From NCBI GenBank assembly GCA_023247255.1, contig JAHFGV010000011.1:1-61854 (forward strand): DNA of 61,854 bases, read 5' to 3'. Of this stretch, positions 45,456-55,805 are shown in pieces (within the stretch, counting starts at the first letter, position 1; the number at the start of each line of letters is the position of its first letter). A program made the translations under genes and the position numbers. A model generated the notes under the pieces. The model was not told the origin of the DNA, searched no databases, and saw only the letters and a program-made list of their open reading frames with translations. The DNA comes from Candidatus Omnitrophota bacterium (lineage in GTDB: Bacteria; Omnitrophota; Gorgyraeia; Aquiviventales; Aquiviventaceae).

Positions 45456-45950
45456 CTAAGTCTTTGAAACATAACGGACGCCGCCAGGATTTGTCACCGA
45501 TCGGATCCGTTGAATCAGAAAAGCACTGACGCTGGTAAGGGCGATGTGCCCTGCGACATATCCCAAGCTGTATACGAAACGGACTCCCTCAAGCCATAGA
45601 CTTTCCAAACAAAAAAGAGACGTCGCCAGGCTACAGCAAGCAATACTGATGCGAGTATCCGTTAGATCCCAACGCTGAGCCAACAGTCGCAGGATGTAGC
45701 CTAAGACAAAAAAGTTCAGGAAAACGACCTCGGCATGGCGAACGGCCCATAGACTGGCGAGCAGTCCCGCGAGTATGGAAGATAAAAACCAACGATGCGG
45801 CGCCATCGAGATCGCGATCACCATCGACGCCAGAGTCAGATTCGGAACGCACCAGAAGCAAGGGATCGCCGTAGCCATCAGTTGATGCACCACAAAACCG
45901 CTAACCACTAGGCTTACCGCAGAAGAAGGATAGAAACGACGAGGAAACAT
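45456..45950 (-). CDS. mreD: rod shape-determining protein MreD
   Basis: Small polytopic membrane protein immediately after mreC. Confidence 0.7.
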   Translation of the reverse strand: MFPRRFYPSSAVSLVVSGFVVHQLMATAIPCFWCVPNLTLASMVIAISMAPHRWFLSSILAGLLASLWAVRHAEVVFLNFFVLGYILRLLAQRWDLTDTRISIACCSLATSLFCLESLWLEGVRFVYSLGYVAGHIALTSVSAFLIQRIRSVTNPGGVRYVSKT

Positions 45951-45958
45951 CAGGTTCC

Positions 45959-46717
45959 TTACGAATCTCCATCCGTTTGACCATCCATAGATGGCTCAGG
46001 CATAAAACAAAGCACTTCTTCAAGACCGCCCAATCTGGCAGCGGGCAGGACCGTGGCCCAAACGGATCCGGAACCTGAATCACGCCTCAGGCTCTCGACT
46101 TTACCCAGAAGCAACCCTTTTGGAAAAACCCCTCCCAAGCCGGCCGTCACCACTGAATCCCCAGGTTCAATATCGGCCTGGGCATCCAGATAGATCAATT
46201 GACAGCGCCCCTGTCCCAGTCCGATGAGTAATCCTGTTTCCCGGGAGCGTTCCACCATGCCGGCCACTCGACTGTCCGGATCGGTCAATAGGCCTACCAA
46301 GCAAGTCTTTGCATGCAATTCGAGCACTCGACCCACGACACCGAATCGATCGATGACAATGCTTCCCAGAGACAAATCATCCCACTGACCTCGGTTCAGC
46401 AACACGGTCTGCTGCGTAGGAATCGTCGAGCGTGCGATGACCTTAGCCATCAGTCCGGTTGAACCGGGATGAGATTGAAGGAGCTCACGAGTCGCGTTCA
46501 GCTCTCGCAGGGCCTGGCGGAGTTGAGCCACTTCGCGATGAGCGGCGATGAGTTGGGTTTGAAGCTCGAACTGCTGGCGTTGAAGCGAAGGAAAAGAAGG
46601 TAAGCTCACCCAAAGCTCAATTACGGCTTGAGCGATTTGATAAGGAAACCGAAGAACAGTAAAAAACAGATTCCTGAACGGATCAGAAAACGCAAGCGCC
46701 ACCGCAAGGACAAGCAC
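45959..46717 (-). CDS. mreC: rod shape-determining protein MreC
   Basis: N-terminal TM helix, coiled coil, and beta-barrel domains (VIDRFGVVGRV, VVTAGLGGVFPKGLLLGKV). Confidence 0.85.
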   Translation of the reverse strand: MLVLAVALAFSDPFRNLFFTVLRFPYQIAQAVIELWVSLPSFPSLQRQQFELQTQLIAAHREVAQLRQALRELNATRELLQSHPGSTGLMAKVIARSTIPTQQTVLLNRGQWDDLSLGSIVIDRFGVVGRVLELHAKTCLVGLLTDPDSRVAGMVERSRETGLLIGLGQGRCQLIYLDAQADIEPGDSVVTAGLGGVFPKGLLLGKVESLRRDSGSGSVWATVLPAARLGGLEEVLCFMPEPSMDGQTDGDS

Positions 46718-46881
46718 ACGGATCAGGAAAGATCGCTGTTGAGGATAATGCGGCGGTTGTTGCAGAATGGATTCCCTACAGCCTTACCCCATTAGAACTT
46801 GTTCTAACGGGGCTTCCGGCCGTGGTGCCTCCATGTATCCGTCGATATACACGTATGCGTATGTCGAGGGGAAAAATACTT

Positions 46882-47042
46882 AGGGTTCGTTAAGAAATGA
46901 CTGTGCTATTTGGCCGTGGGGATTTTGACTCAGGGTAAGGCGCGAAGAGCGAGCATCCTCGATGAGGATGTAAGCGATGAGCAACGCAGCCATGGGTCAA
47001 AAGCCCCCGGTCAAATTGATGCAGTTATTTCTTAACGAACCC
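46882..47042. repeat. 161-bp imperfect palindrome between mreB and mreC
   Basis: agggttcgttaagaaat (46882-46898) / atttcttaacgaaccct (47026-47042). Inner arms atttggccgtggggattttgac / gggtcaaaagcccccggtcaaat. Central hairpin catcctcgatgaggatg. Confidence 0.75.
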
Positions 47043-47113
47043 TTACTGAGGTTTTGCAAAATCCGAGGAAAGAACCCTACGTGAACAACCCGTTCATCGT
47101 GGTCAGTGACCAA

Positions 47114-48196
47114 CTATAATTCAGGCTTTGTCGAGATGGCTATGCGGTTGCGCAGGTATCGAATGTCATCCAGCCCTTTGCCCACCCCCATGGCGACAGC
47201 AGTGACGGGATTTTCGGCCACGTGAACCGGCAAGCCCGTTTCCTCTGCCAATAATCTGTCCAGCCCACGCAACAGTGAGCCCCCACCTGCCATGACGATG
47301 CCGCGATCGACCAGATCGGCGGATAATTCCGGGGGTGTTTTTTCCAACGTCAAACGGGTCGCCTCCACAATGGATCGTATCGGCTCCGCGAGGGCCTCGC
47401 GCACCTCTTCGGAAGTCACAGTCACCGTCTTGGGCAAGCCCGTCACCAGGTCACGACCACGGACATCCATGGTCATTTCTTCCTCCAAGGGATAGGCGGA
47501 TCCGATACGAATCTTGATTTCCTCGGCCGTGCGCTCACCAATCATGAGATTGTAGGCCTTGCGTAAATGCTCAATGATGGCCTGATCCATCTCATCGCCC
47601 GCGATGCGAATCGAACGGGCAATCACAATGCCATCGAGGGAGATGACCGCAAGCTCCGTCGTACCTCCTCCAATATCGATGATCATGTTGCCCCCAGGTT
47701 CATGAATGGGCAGACCCACGCCAATGGAAGCCGCTTTTGGCTCCTCAACGAGAAACACCTCACGCGCTCCCGCACGCAACGCAGAATCTCGAACCGCTCG
47801 TTTTTCCACCTCCGTGATGCCGGAAGGAATAGCCACCACGACGAGCGGCTTGTTGAGTTTTCGAGGCTGGGCTTTCTTGATGAAGTACCGCAGCATGGCC
47901 TCCGTCACATCAAAATCGGCGATCACACCGTCACGCATAGGACGGATCGCAGAGATGTTGCCCGGCGTACGGCCGATCATGCGTTTGGCCTCCTCACCCA
48001 CCGCCAGAACCTGAGAAGATCCCCGCTGGATAGCCACTACCGATGGTTCGCACAAGAGAATTCCACGTCCTTTCACATACACCAAGGTAGTCGCAGTGCC
48101 CAAGTCAATGGCTAGATCGTTTGAGAAGAGTCCCAGGAATTGATTCCATAACATTTGGAGTGCCTGGGGCAGGCGCGATAGAAAGGATTTGCTCAT
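47114..48196 (-). CDS. mreB: actin-like rod-shape protein MreB (internal start within the 833-codon ORF)
   Basis: [37 protein letters not shown]. Candidate starts are ATG 48196 (360 aa) or ATG 48154 (346 aa). A promoter-like element lies just upstream. Confidence 0.85.
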   Translation of the reverse strand: MSKSFLSRLPQALQMLWNQFLGLFSNDLAIDLGTATTLVYVKGRGILLCEPSVVAIQRGSSQVLAVGEEAKRMIGRTPGNISAIRPMRDGVIADFDVTEAMLRYFIKKAQPRKLNKPLVVVAIPSGITEVEKRAVRDSALRAGAREVFLVEEPKAASIGVGLPIHEPGGNMIIDIGGGTTELAVISLDGIVIARSIRIAGDEMDQAIIEHLRKAYNLMIGERTAEEIKIRIGSAYPLEEEMTMDVRGRDLVTGLPKTVTVTSEEVREALAEPIRSIVEATRLTLEKTPPELSADLVDRGIVMAGGGSLLRGLDRLLAEETGLPVHVAENPVTAVAMGVGKGLDDIRYLRNRIAISTKPEL

Positions 48197-49615
48197 GCGG
48201 GGATTGATATAACTTTTTGTCATCGTAACAAAGGGTTCAGGGCTTGTCAACGATTTTTCCGAAACCGCTTGCGTTGCTGTAAGTCCTGGGTAACGTTTTT
48301 GTCTGATCGGCCGGCTGGATGAAATCTGTCGCAACTTCTCAAAAAAATCAGGAAACGACTTGGTCACACATTCGGCTTTCCTAATCTGGGTGGTACCCTT
48401 GGCAATCAGACCCGCCACGGCAAGGCTCATGGCTGTGCGGTGATCCCCCAGGCTTTCCACCACAGCACCCTTCAGTGGGCCTCCTTCAATTTCCAAAGTC
48501 TCGGATCCTACCAACCGAACACGGGCTCCCAACTGGGTGAGGCCCCGCTGCATAGATTGGATACGATCGGTTTCCTTCACACGCAGCTCCCCTAAGCCTT
48601 CCAACCGTGAAGTGCCTCGGGCGCAGGCGGCTGCAACCATAAGAATCGGAAGCTCGTCAATCACCCCAGGCACCTCATGCGCTTCCAGAGAAATGGCCCG
48701 AACAGGACAGGATTCAACCACGACGGTGCCACGAGGCTCCCAAAGATCCTCCTTGAGGGTATAGCGGATATTCGCCCCCATACGGCGCAGCAGCCTGAGC
48801 AACCCGATCCTTGTGGGATTAAGTCCAAGATCGGGCAAGGTGATCCGGGAGCCGGGAATGCATACCGCTGCGACGATGAAAAATGCGGCACTGGAGAAAT
48901 CGCCCGGAATCACCATCCGCCCGGGAGATCTCAAAGGACCGGGATCAACAGACACCTGGGTGCCTTGAGAATCTACTAAGACACCGAACCGACGTAACGC
49001 CTGCTCGGTGTGATCGCGTGTCGGATGAGTCTCACTCACACTCGTGCGGCCATCTGCAAACAGGCCCGCCAGCAAGATCGCCGATTTTACCTGGGCGCTG
49101 GCTACCGGACTTTCATAATGAATCGCTTTCAAGGGCCGTCGTCCACGAATCACAACTGGAGGGTAGATCTCGCTCGATCCTCGCTCATCCTTCATCCCTT
49201 CCACATCGGCTCCCATGCGGGATAAAGGCTCAACCAAACGGTGCATGGGACGTCGGCTGAGCGAATGTCCCGCCGTCAACCGACTGGTCAGTGGCTGGCC
49301 GGCCAACAGGCCAGCGGCCAAACGCAGGGTAGTGCCGGACTCCCCACAGTAAAGTTCATCGCTCGATGGACGAAACGCTTGGTCCTTTGCCCCTTCGATC
49401 CATACGGTTTGAGAAGAACGCCTGACCGAAATGCCCAACTGTTCCACAAGGCTCAGGGTGCGTTGGCAATCATCCGACGTAGGCCAAGGCCAGATTTCTG
49501 TTTCGCCCTGAGCCATGGCCGAAAGGAATACCAACCGATGAGCGATCGCCTTGTCAGGAGGAACGCTCAGTGTGGCTTGCAGGGCTGATGATTGAGCAAC
49601 CTTTACATCATTCAT
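47114..49615 (-). CDS. aroA: continuous 833-codon ORF: EPSP synthase (AroA, first ~435 aa) reading through a ~45-aa linker into mreB with no stop codon
   Basis: AroA motifs [36 protein letters not shown]. Where AroA proteins normally end, the frame stays open ([16 protein letters not shown]...) into MreB. Confidence 0.7.
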   Translation of the reverse strand: MNDVKVAQSSALQATLSVPPDKAIAHRLVFLSAMAQGETEIWPWPTSDDCQRTLSLVEQLGISVRRSSQTVWIEGAKDQAFRPSSDELYCGESGTTLRLAAGLLAGQPLTSRLTAGHSLSRRPMHRLVEPLSRMGADVEGMKDERGSSEIYPPVVIRGRRPLKAIHYESPVASAQVKSAILLAGLFADGRTSVSETHPTRDHTEQALRRFGVLVDSQGTQVSVDPGPLRSPGRMVIPGDFSSAAFFIVAAVCIPGSRITLPDLGLNPTRIGLLRLLRRMGANIRYTLKEDLWEPRGTVVVESCPVRAISLEAHEVPGVIDELPILMVAAACARGTSRLEGLGELRVKETDRIQSMQRGLTQLGARVRLVGSETLEIEGGPLKGAVVESLGDHRTAMSLAVAGLIAKGTTQIRKAECVTKSFPDFFEKLRQISSSRPIRQKRYPGLTATQAVSEKSLTSPEPFVTMTKSYINPRMSKSFLSRLPQALQMLWNQFLGLFSNDLAIDLGTATTLVYVKGRGILLCEPSVVAIQRGSSQVLAVGEEAKRMIGRTPGNISAIRPMRDGVIADFDVTEAMLRYFIKKAQPRKLNKPLVVVAIPSGITEVEKRAVRDSALRAGAREVFLVEEPKAASIGVGLPIHEPGGNMIIDIGGGTTELAVISLDGIVIARSIRIAGDEMDQAIIEHLRKAYNLMIGERTAEEIKIRIGSAYPLEEEMTMDVRGRDLVTGLPKTVTVTSEEVREALAEPIRSIVEATRLTLEKTPPELSADLVDRGIVMAGGGSLLRGLDRLLAEETGLPVHVAENPVTAVAMGVGKGLDDIRYLRNRIAISTKPEL
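48222..48250 (-). promoter_or_regulatory. sigma-70-like promoter inside the aroA tail, upstream of mreB
   Basis: Minus strand TTGACA (48250-48245), a 17-nt spacer, then TACGAT (48227-48222). Sits 25 nt upstream of ATG 48196. Confidence 0.45.
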
Positions 49616-49639
49616 GATTCACGACCCGCGGTGACCTGC

Positions 49640-49667
49640 AATAAAAAATCCCCCACTTCGGGGGATA
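49640..49667 (-). terminator. rho-independent terminator upstream of aroA (ends the preceding transcription unit)
   Basis: Minus strand ATCCCCC-GAAGT-GGGGGAT followed by TTTTTTATT. Confidence 0.75.
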
Positions 49668-49858
49668 TCATTCTCTTTTCTAAACACAACTCCGTCTTCG
49701 AGATTCTCACCAACAGCCAATCATCTACTATCCTCAAGAAGAACCTGTTTCAAAACCTAGGGTATCGTGAGTTCTGAAACATCTCACTGAGGTTTTGCAA
49801 AATGCATCGAGACTAGTGGCCCAGGGCCACGAAGAAAGTAAATCATGGTTTTAATATC

Positions 49859-50044
49859 CAGCACTCACGTCTGTGTAATGTTTCATGAGTCATGTGTTAT
49901 GAAAAAGCAGAAAATAAACAGGTATCTCAAGCATAGCCAAAGGGGCTCTTTTGCTTTCCATGACTCATGACACATAACACATGAAACAGTCTCTCATGAC
50001 ACATGACTCATGAAACATGACACAATCCTCATTACTTCTCTTGG
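49859..50044. repeat. heptamer-array palindromic element, full-length copy R3 (opposite orientation to R2/R5)
   Basis: cagcactcacgtctg + (NNTCATG)n + gaaaaagcagaaaataaacaggtatctcaagcatagccaaaggggctcttttgctttcc + (CATGANN)n + caatcctcattacttctcttgg. Confidence 0.85.
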
Positions 50045-50058
50045 GACAGGACACAACA

Positions 50059-50979
50059 CTAGAGCGCGCTTACCTGATCCCCTTCCTGAATACTGTCCTT
50101 TTTCGAATTGGGCAAGATGGTTGCCGCCGACAGCTCATCATAGAGCTTTTCCACCTTTACCTGACCCAAAATTTCGTTGTCACGAATGACCCTGAATTCC
50201 TGCCCGATGGAGATTCCTTGGTTCCTCCCAAGGTTCATAACGATGAAATCATATTCCTTATTGACTACAATCACCTGGCCCGAAGAAGTCTTTGCGCTAG
50301 CCTGCGATGAAGCCCCAGCGGATGGATCACTTTCAGCCTGGCCTGTCACCAACACACGGTCCAACTCAACTGGCGCTTGTTGAGACAGCTCCAAGACTTT
50401 CGCCTCAAGCGCAGTTTTGGCCTGCTCAAAATCTTTTAACTGCCGTTGCGTCGCTTGATGTTCCGTGGTGAGTGAGGCAAGCTGTTTTTCGATTTGTTGA
50501 CGGGCCTCTTGCACTTGTTGCAGCTCACTCGACAGACGGATGACCTCTTGCTGGCGCTCTTCCACCGCATGGGAGAGGCTCTGCCGCGTTTCATTGACTT
50601 TGGCGACTTCCTCCTGAACAGCCGTCAAGTGAATACGCGCCTGGACCAATTCATCTTCAAGCTGCACCTTGGCTTGCTGAAACTCATCCACCTGCACTTT
50701 GAGAGTGCGATTCTCTGCCTGAGACAGCGTTAGTTCCCGCTCCTTGGTTTGACGTCGCGCCGCTTCTTTTCGCTGCATGATTACTGCAACGCTCGCCACC
50801 GCTAAGGATGAGATCGTGATCAGGCTGAACACAGAAATCAGTAACTTATGGGATGCGGGTTTGCTGGGTCGGATGGCTTCCATGAGCTTAGTCTTGGCTT
50901 CTGTTTCCACCGATGAGATCACCGACGATCCTGGCGTATCCTGCTTGAGCGGATCTGCTTGGTTCGTCCCCTCTTGCAT
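50059..50979 (-). CDS. membrane-anchored coiled-coil protein with a small C-terminal beta domain; function unknown
   Basis: One TM helix (LLISVFSLITISSLAVASVAVIM), ~140 aa of Q/E-rich coiled coil, and a C-terminal GQVIVVNKEYDFIVMNLGRNQGISIGQEF.. domain. Confidence 0.6.
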   Translation of the reverse strand: MQEGTNQADPLKQDTPGSSVISSVETEAKTKLMEAIRPSKPASHKLLISVFSLITISSLAVASVAVIMQRKEAARRQTKERELTLSQAENRTLKVQVDEFQQAKVQLEDELVQARIHLTAVQEEVAKVNETRQSLSHAVEERQQEVIRLSSELQQVQEARQQIEKQLASLTTEHQATQRQLKDFEQAKTALEAKVLELSQQAPVELDRVLVTGQAESDPSAGASSQASAKTSSGQVIVVNKEYDFIVMNLGRNQGISIGQEFRVIRDNEILGQVKVEKLYDELSAATILPNSKKDSIQEGDQVSAL

Positions 50980-51037
50980 ACTCTTTAGTCCTCCTCATCG
51001 AAGCGCCGATTGTCCGACGCCTGTTACACCACTTACC

Positions 51038-53061
<2,024 letters not shown>

Positions 53062-53106
53062 CGATGATTGTCAGGACAAAACGATTTCTCATCGAGCGTT
53101 TCACTC

Positions 53107-53157
53107 ATACAAACGAATTATCTAACGCGACAATGCCAGAGGATAATTCGTTTGTAT
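53107..53157. promoter_or_regulatory. perfect 16-bp inverted repeat upstream of bioF (candidate operator, or terminator of the upstream gene)
   Basis: atacaaacgaattatc (53107-53122), 19 nt, then gataattcgtttgtat (53142-53157). Located 46-96 nt upstream of the bioF ATG. Confidence 0.4.
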
Positions 53158-53205
53158 CAGTCACTGGTTGATTACTGGCCACTCTTGGAATTGGAGGGGG
53201 GATTT

Positions 53206-54507
53206 CTATCTGACAACCATCGGCAGGAATTCCGTGCAGCCGAAAACTCCGAAAATGCCATGCGCCTTCAACCATATACCGCGCTTGAGATAGCCCAGCG
53301 CCGGACCAATCACGTTCGCAGCCATAGAGGTTTCGTCACCCAAGATGAAGCGATGGCTGGCGCGTTTGCCTTCAAAAGTAATTCCCGTTAGGGTCATGGT
53401 GGTAGAAACCGGCTTCTTCGGATGTCGGGTATCCATCAATCCACCGACCTCCACTTGATCGAGCCGATCCACAACCCCCACACGTTGAAGCAGAAGATCA
53501 TCGGCGTGTTCCATGTGTCGTAATTCCAACAAACCGTCTCTCTGCGAAAGAATCGCTTCCACTTCCGCATCCGTCATCGCCTTGGCGCGCTCAAGCGAAT
53601 AGCCTGGAAGATGCGCGATGTCCTCCCGAATCGTCGCTTTGTACGCATCCCAATTCGAAATCCCCACCCCCCACCAAATATCCACACGTTCCACTTCGAC
53701 AAAAGACTGAGCCGCCAAGACGGCAGCGGCCGCAAGAATGCCGGGCGTTGCCCCGCATCCTGTCAAAACCACCGCCTGAGCCTCCTTGATGAGAGCATCC
53801 AGGGCAAACATCTTTCTGACCGCCGGGGTGCGCTTGAGCACGTCCACAAAAACAAGCGGACGATGGGCGCGAGAAAATCGCTCGATCACACCCGGGATGA
53901 ATCCGTTAGGCAAATTGGGCAATGCAATCAACACCGCATCCCACATCTCTGAGCGGTGAATGATGTCTCTCAGGGGATCGTCGGAGTATCCCACCTCAGA
54001 TCTGTCCAAGGTGTGGAGCCCCCCAGCACGAGCCTGTGGCACCGGCACTCCCACACCTTGGAATTTTCGATTGTCGATTTTGGATTGTCGATTGGAAGAC
54101 GGCCGTTCAATCGAAAATCGACAATCATCAATCGACAATTCCACAGGACGAGCCTGTGGCACCGGCAAATCCGCTTCGAGTGGGGCGACATCCCGCCCAC
54201 CCGTTCGCTCAAGCAAACCAACTGGGCCTATGCCTTCGGCCGTGGGCGCGATGGCTGGGTTGACCACTTCTGAACGCATCGAGGCCTTGACCTCGACAGC
54301 CGTCTGACGATAACCACTCACCAGATCCCCATTGATCGATGCAAGCCTCTGGGTGTCTAATCCATCCGAGGAAACCACAAAGCCTTTGCTGTCGCAAACA
54401 CCGCACAACAAAAGTTCCTTTTTCATCCCGATGATCCGACAGGCCGCCTTGCCTAATCCTCCAGCCCCTAAAACCGCCACGCGTATACGCTCGTCACTGA
54501 AACTCAT
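53206..54507 (-). CDS. NAD(P)-binding Rossmann-fold protein upstream of bioF-bioD, carrying an in-frame ~80-aa repeat-derived insertion; possible BioU-like enzyme
   Basis: N-terminal IRVAVLGAGGLGKA dinucleotide-binding motif. The protein is ~350 aa without the insertion at 54028-54265. The functional call rests only on context (bioA is absent next to bioF/bioD). Confidence 0.5.
   Translation of the reverse strand: MSFSDERIRVAVLGAGGLGKAACRIIGMKKELLLCGVCDSKGFVVSSDGLDTQRLASINGDLVSGYRQTAVEVKASMRSEVVNPAIAPTAEGIGPVGLLERTGGRDVAPLEADLPVPQARPVELSIDDCRFSIERPSSNRQSKIDNRKFQGVGVPVPQARAGGLHTLDRSEVGYSDDPLRDIIHRSEMWDAVLIALPNLPNGFIPGVIERFSRAHRPLVFVDVLKRTPAVRKMFALDALIKEAQAVVLTGCGATPGILAAAAVLAAQSFVEVERVDIWWGVGISNWDAYKATIREDIAHLPGYSLERAKAMTDAEVEAILSQRDGLLELRHMEHADDLLLQRVGVVDRLDQVEVGGLMDTRHPKKPVSTTMTLTGITFEGKRASHRFILGDETSMAANVIGPALGYLKRGIWLKAHGIFGVFGCTEFLPMVVR
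54028..54265. repeat. composite repeat inside a CDS: ~115-nt family copy B (54148-54265) plus a nested 100-nt palindromic module (54048-54147) bounded by a 20-nt direct repeat
   Basis: acgagcctgtggcaccggca occurs at 54028-54047 and 54148-54167. The inner module is built of attgtcgatt/aatcgacaat units. The total stays in frame (the 120-nt period equals 40 codons). Confidence 0.85.
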
Positions 54508-54524
54508 CCTAGCCTCTTTTTTTA

Positions 54525-54742
54525 CTCAGGATTGTGTCATGAGTCATGTCGTATGACTGGGCTTTTGCAAAAATAGCCAACGCGTCGACCGAGTGTTGTG
54601 TCATGTTTCATGAGTCATGTGTCATGAAAAAGCAGAAAATAAATAGGCATATCAGGCATGGCCAAAGGGCTCCTTTTGCTTTCCATGACTCATGACACAT
54701 AAAACATGACACAGTCTTTCATAACACATAACACATGACACG
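54525..54742. repeat. heptamer-array palindromic element copy R4, with the 48-nt TTTTGCAAAA box (54556-54603) embedded in its left arm
   Basis: aggattgtgtcatgagtcatg ... box ... tcatgtttcatgagtcatgtgtcatgaaaaagcagaaaataaataggcatatcaggcatggccaaagggctccttttgctttccatgactcatgacacataaaacatgacac. Confidence 0.85.
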
Positions 54743-54763
54743 ATTTTCATTCTTGTCCATCGA

Positions 54764-55771
54764 TCATCGGGCCTCAATCCATGTCTGGCGACACGATTGC
54801 CGTTCCACCAACTCAGTGGGAAGCAGCAACTGCGTAGGATTCCTTTTTTTCCCACCCATCTGTTGGACCAAAACCTCCAAGGCCTGTCTTCCCATCTCTT
54901 GCAAGGGTTGGCGAACCGTGGTCAACGGCACTCGTCCGTGAGATGCAATCGGATTATCATCAAACCCCACTACGGAAAGCTCCTCAGGGACACGTATCCC
55001 TTTATCGAGTGCCGTCTGAATCGCCTCGAGGGCCATATCATCGCTGGCGGCAAAAACAGCAGTGGGACGATCCGAAAGCTTGAGGAGTACCTCCATCGCT
55101 TTTCTCGCACTGGGAAGGCCAAAATCGGCCACCTGGACGTAAGCATCCCGCATCACCAACTGACGTGCCTTGACCGCTTTCAAGAAGCCATCCAGACGAT
55201 CCAGCCCTGCCTGGGTTTTAAGATCCCCGGTAATCGTCGCGATATCCCGATGGCCTAAGCCGACCAGATAACCCACTACCCGTTCCGCCGCCAAGATATT
55301 GTCAACGGCGACGTAGCTGACCGGCAGATCCTCCAGTCGGTGGTTCACCACCACTATCGGGATATCCTGATTCAACACATCATCCAGCAATTCTTCGCAG
55401 CCATAGATATCCAGAAAGATCAAACCATCGACGGCTGATCGCGCGGGAATCGTTTTGCCGTTAGTGATGTGCAGGAGAAGATCGCAGCGAATGCGTTCTG
55501 CGGATGTTCCGATTCCCTTAATCACCTCCAGGGCGAAGTAAGAGTTGAAAATCCCCTCATACCGAGGAATGACCAATCCCACCGTGTTCGCCTTTCCGGC
55601 CGCCAGGCGTTGGGCATTCGGATTGGGGCGATATTTCAATTGCTTGATTGCCACAAGCACACGGCGGCGATTTTCAGGAGATACGGTCGTGACTCCATTG
55701 ATCACACGAGACACGGTCGTCGTGGATACGCCGGCCGTACGTGCCACTTCAGAAATATCCGTCGCTTTCAT
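54764..55771 (-). CDS. LacI/PurR-family transcriptional regulator
   Basis: HTH ATDISEVARTAGVSTTTVSRVING plus a periplasmic-binding-protein-like sugar-binding core. Confidence 0.85.
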   Translation of the reverse strand: MKATDISEVARTAGVSTTTVSRVINGVTTVSPENRRRVLVAIKQLKYRPNPNAQRLAAGKANTVGLVIPRYEGIFNSYFALEVIKGIGTSAERIRCDLLLHITNGKTIPARSAVDGLIFLDIYGCEELLDDVLNQDIPIVVVNHRLEDLPVSYVAVDNILAAERVVGYLVGLGHRDIATITGDLKTQAGLDRLDGFLKAVKARQLVMRDAYVQVADFGLPSARKAMEVLLKLSDRPTAVFAASDDMALEAIQTALDKGIRVPEELSVVGFDDNPIASHGRVPLTTVRQPLQEMGRQALEVLVQQMGGKKRNPTQLLLPTELVERQSCRQTWIEAR

Positions 55772-55805
55772 CCTCCACCTTTTCTGACGCGAAGCAAAGG
55801 TACCT

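Noticed and set aside
54031-54047. TGGCAC motifs in the ~115-nt repeats (54036, 54156, 57256, 21905) and TTGGCTATTTTTGCA in the 48-nt box as sigma-54 promoters
   Set aside because: No TTGC element lies at the required spacing after TGGCAC. In the 48-nt box the GG-to-GC spacing is 2 nt short of the -24/-12 consensus.
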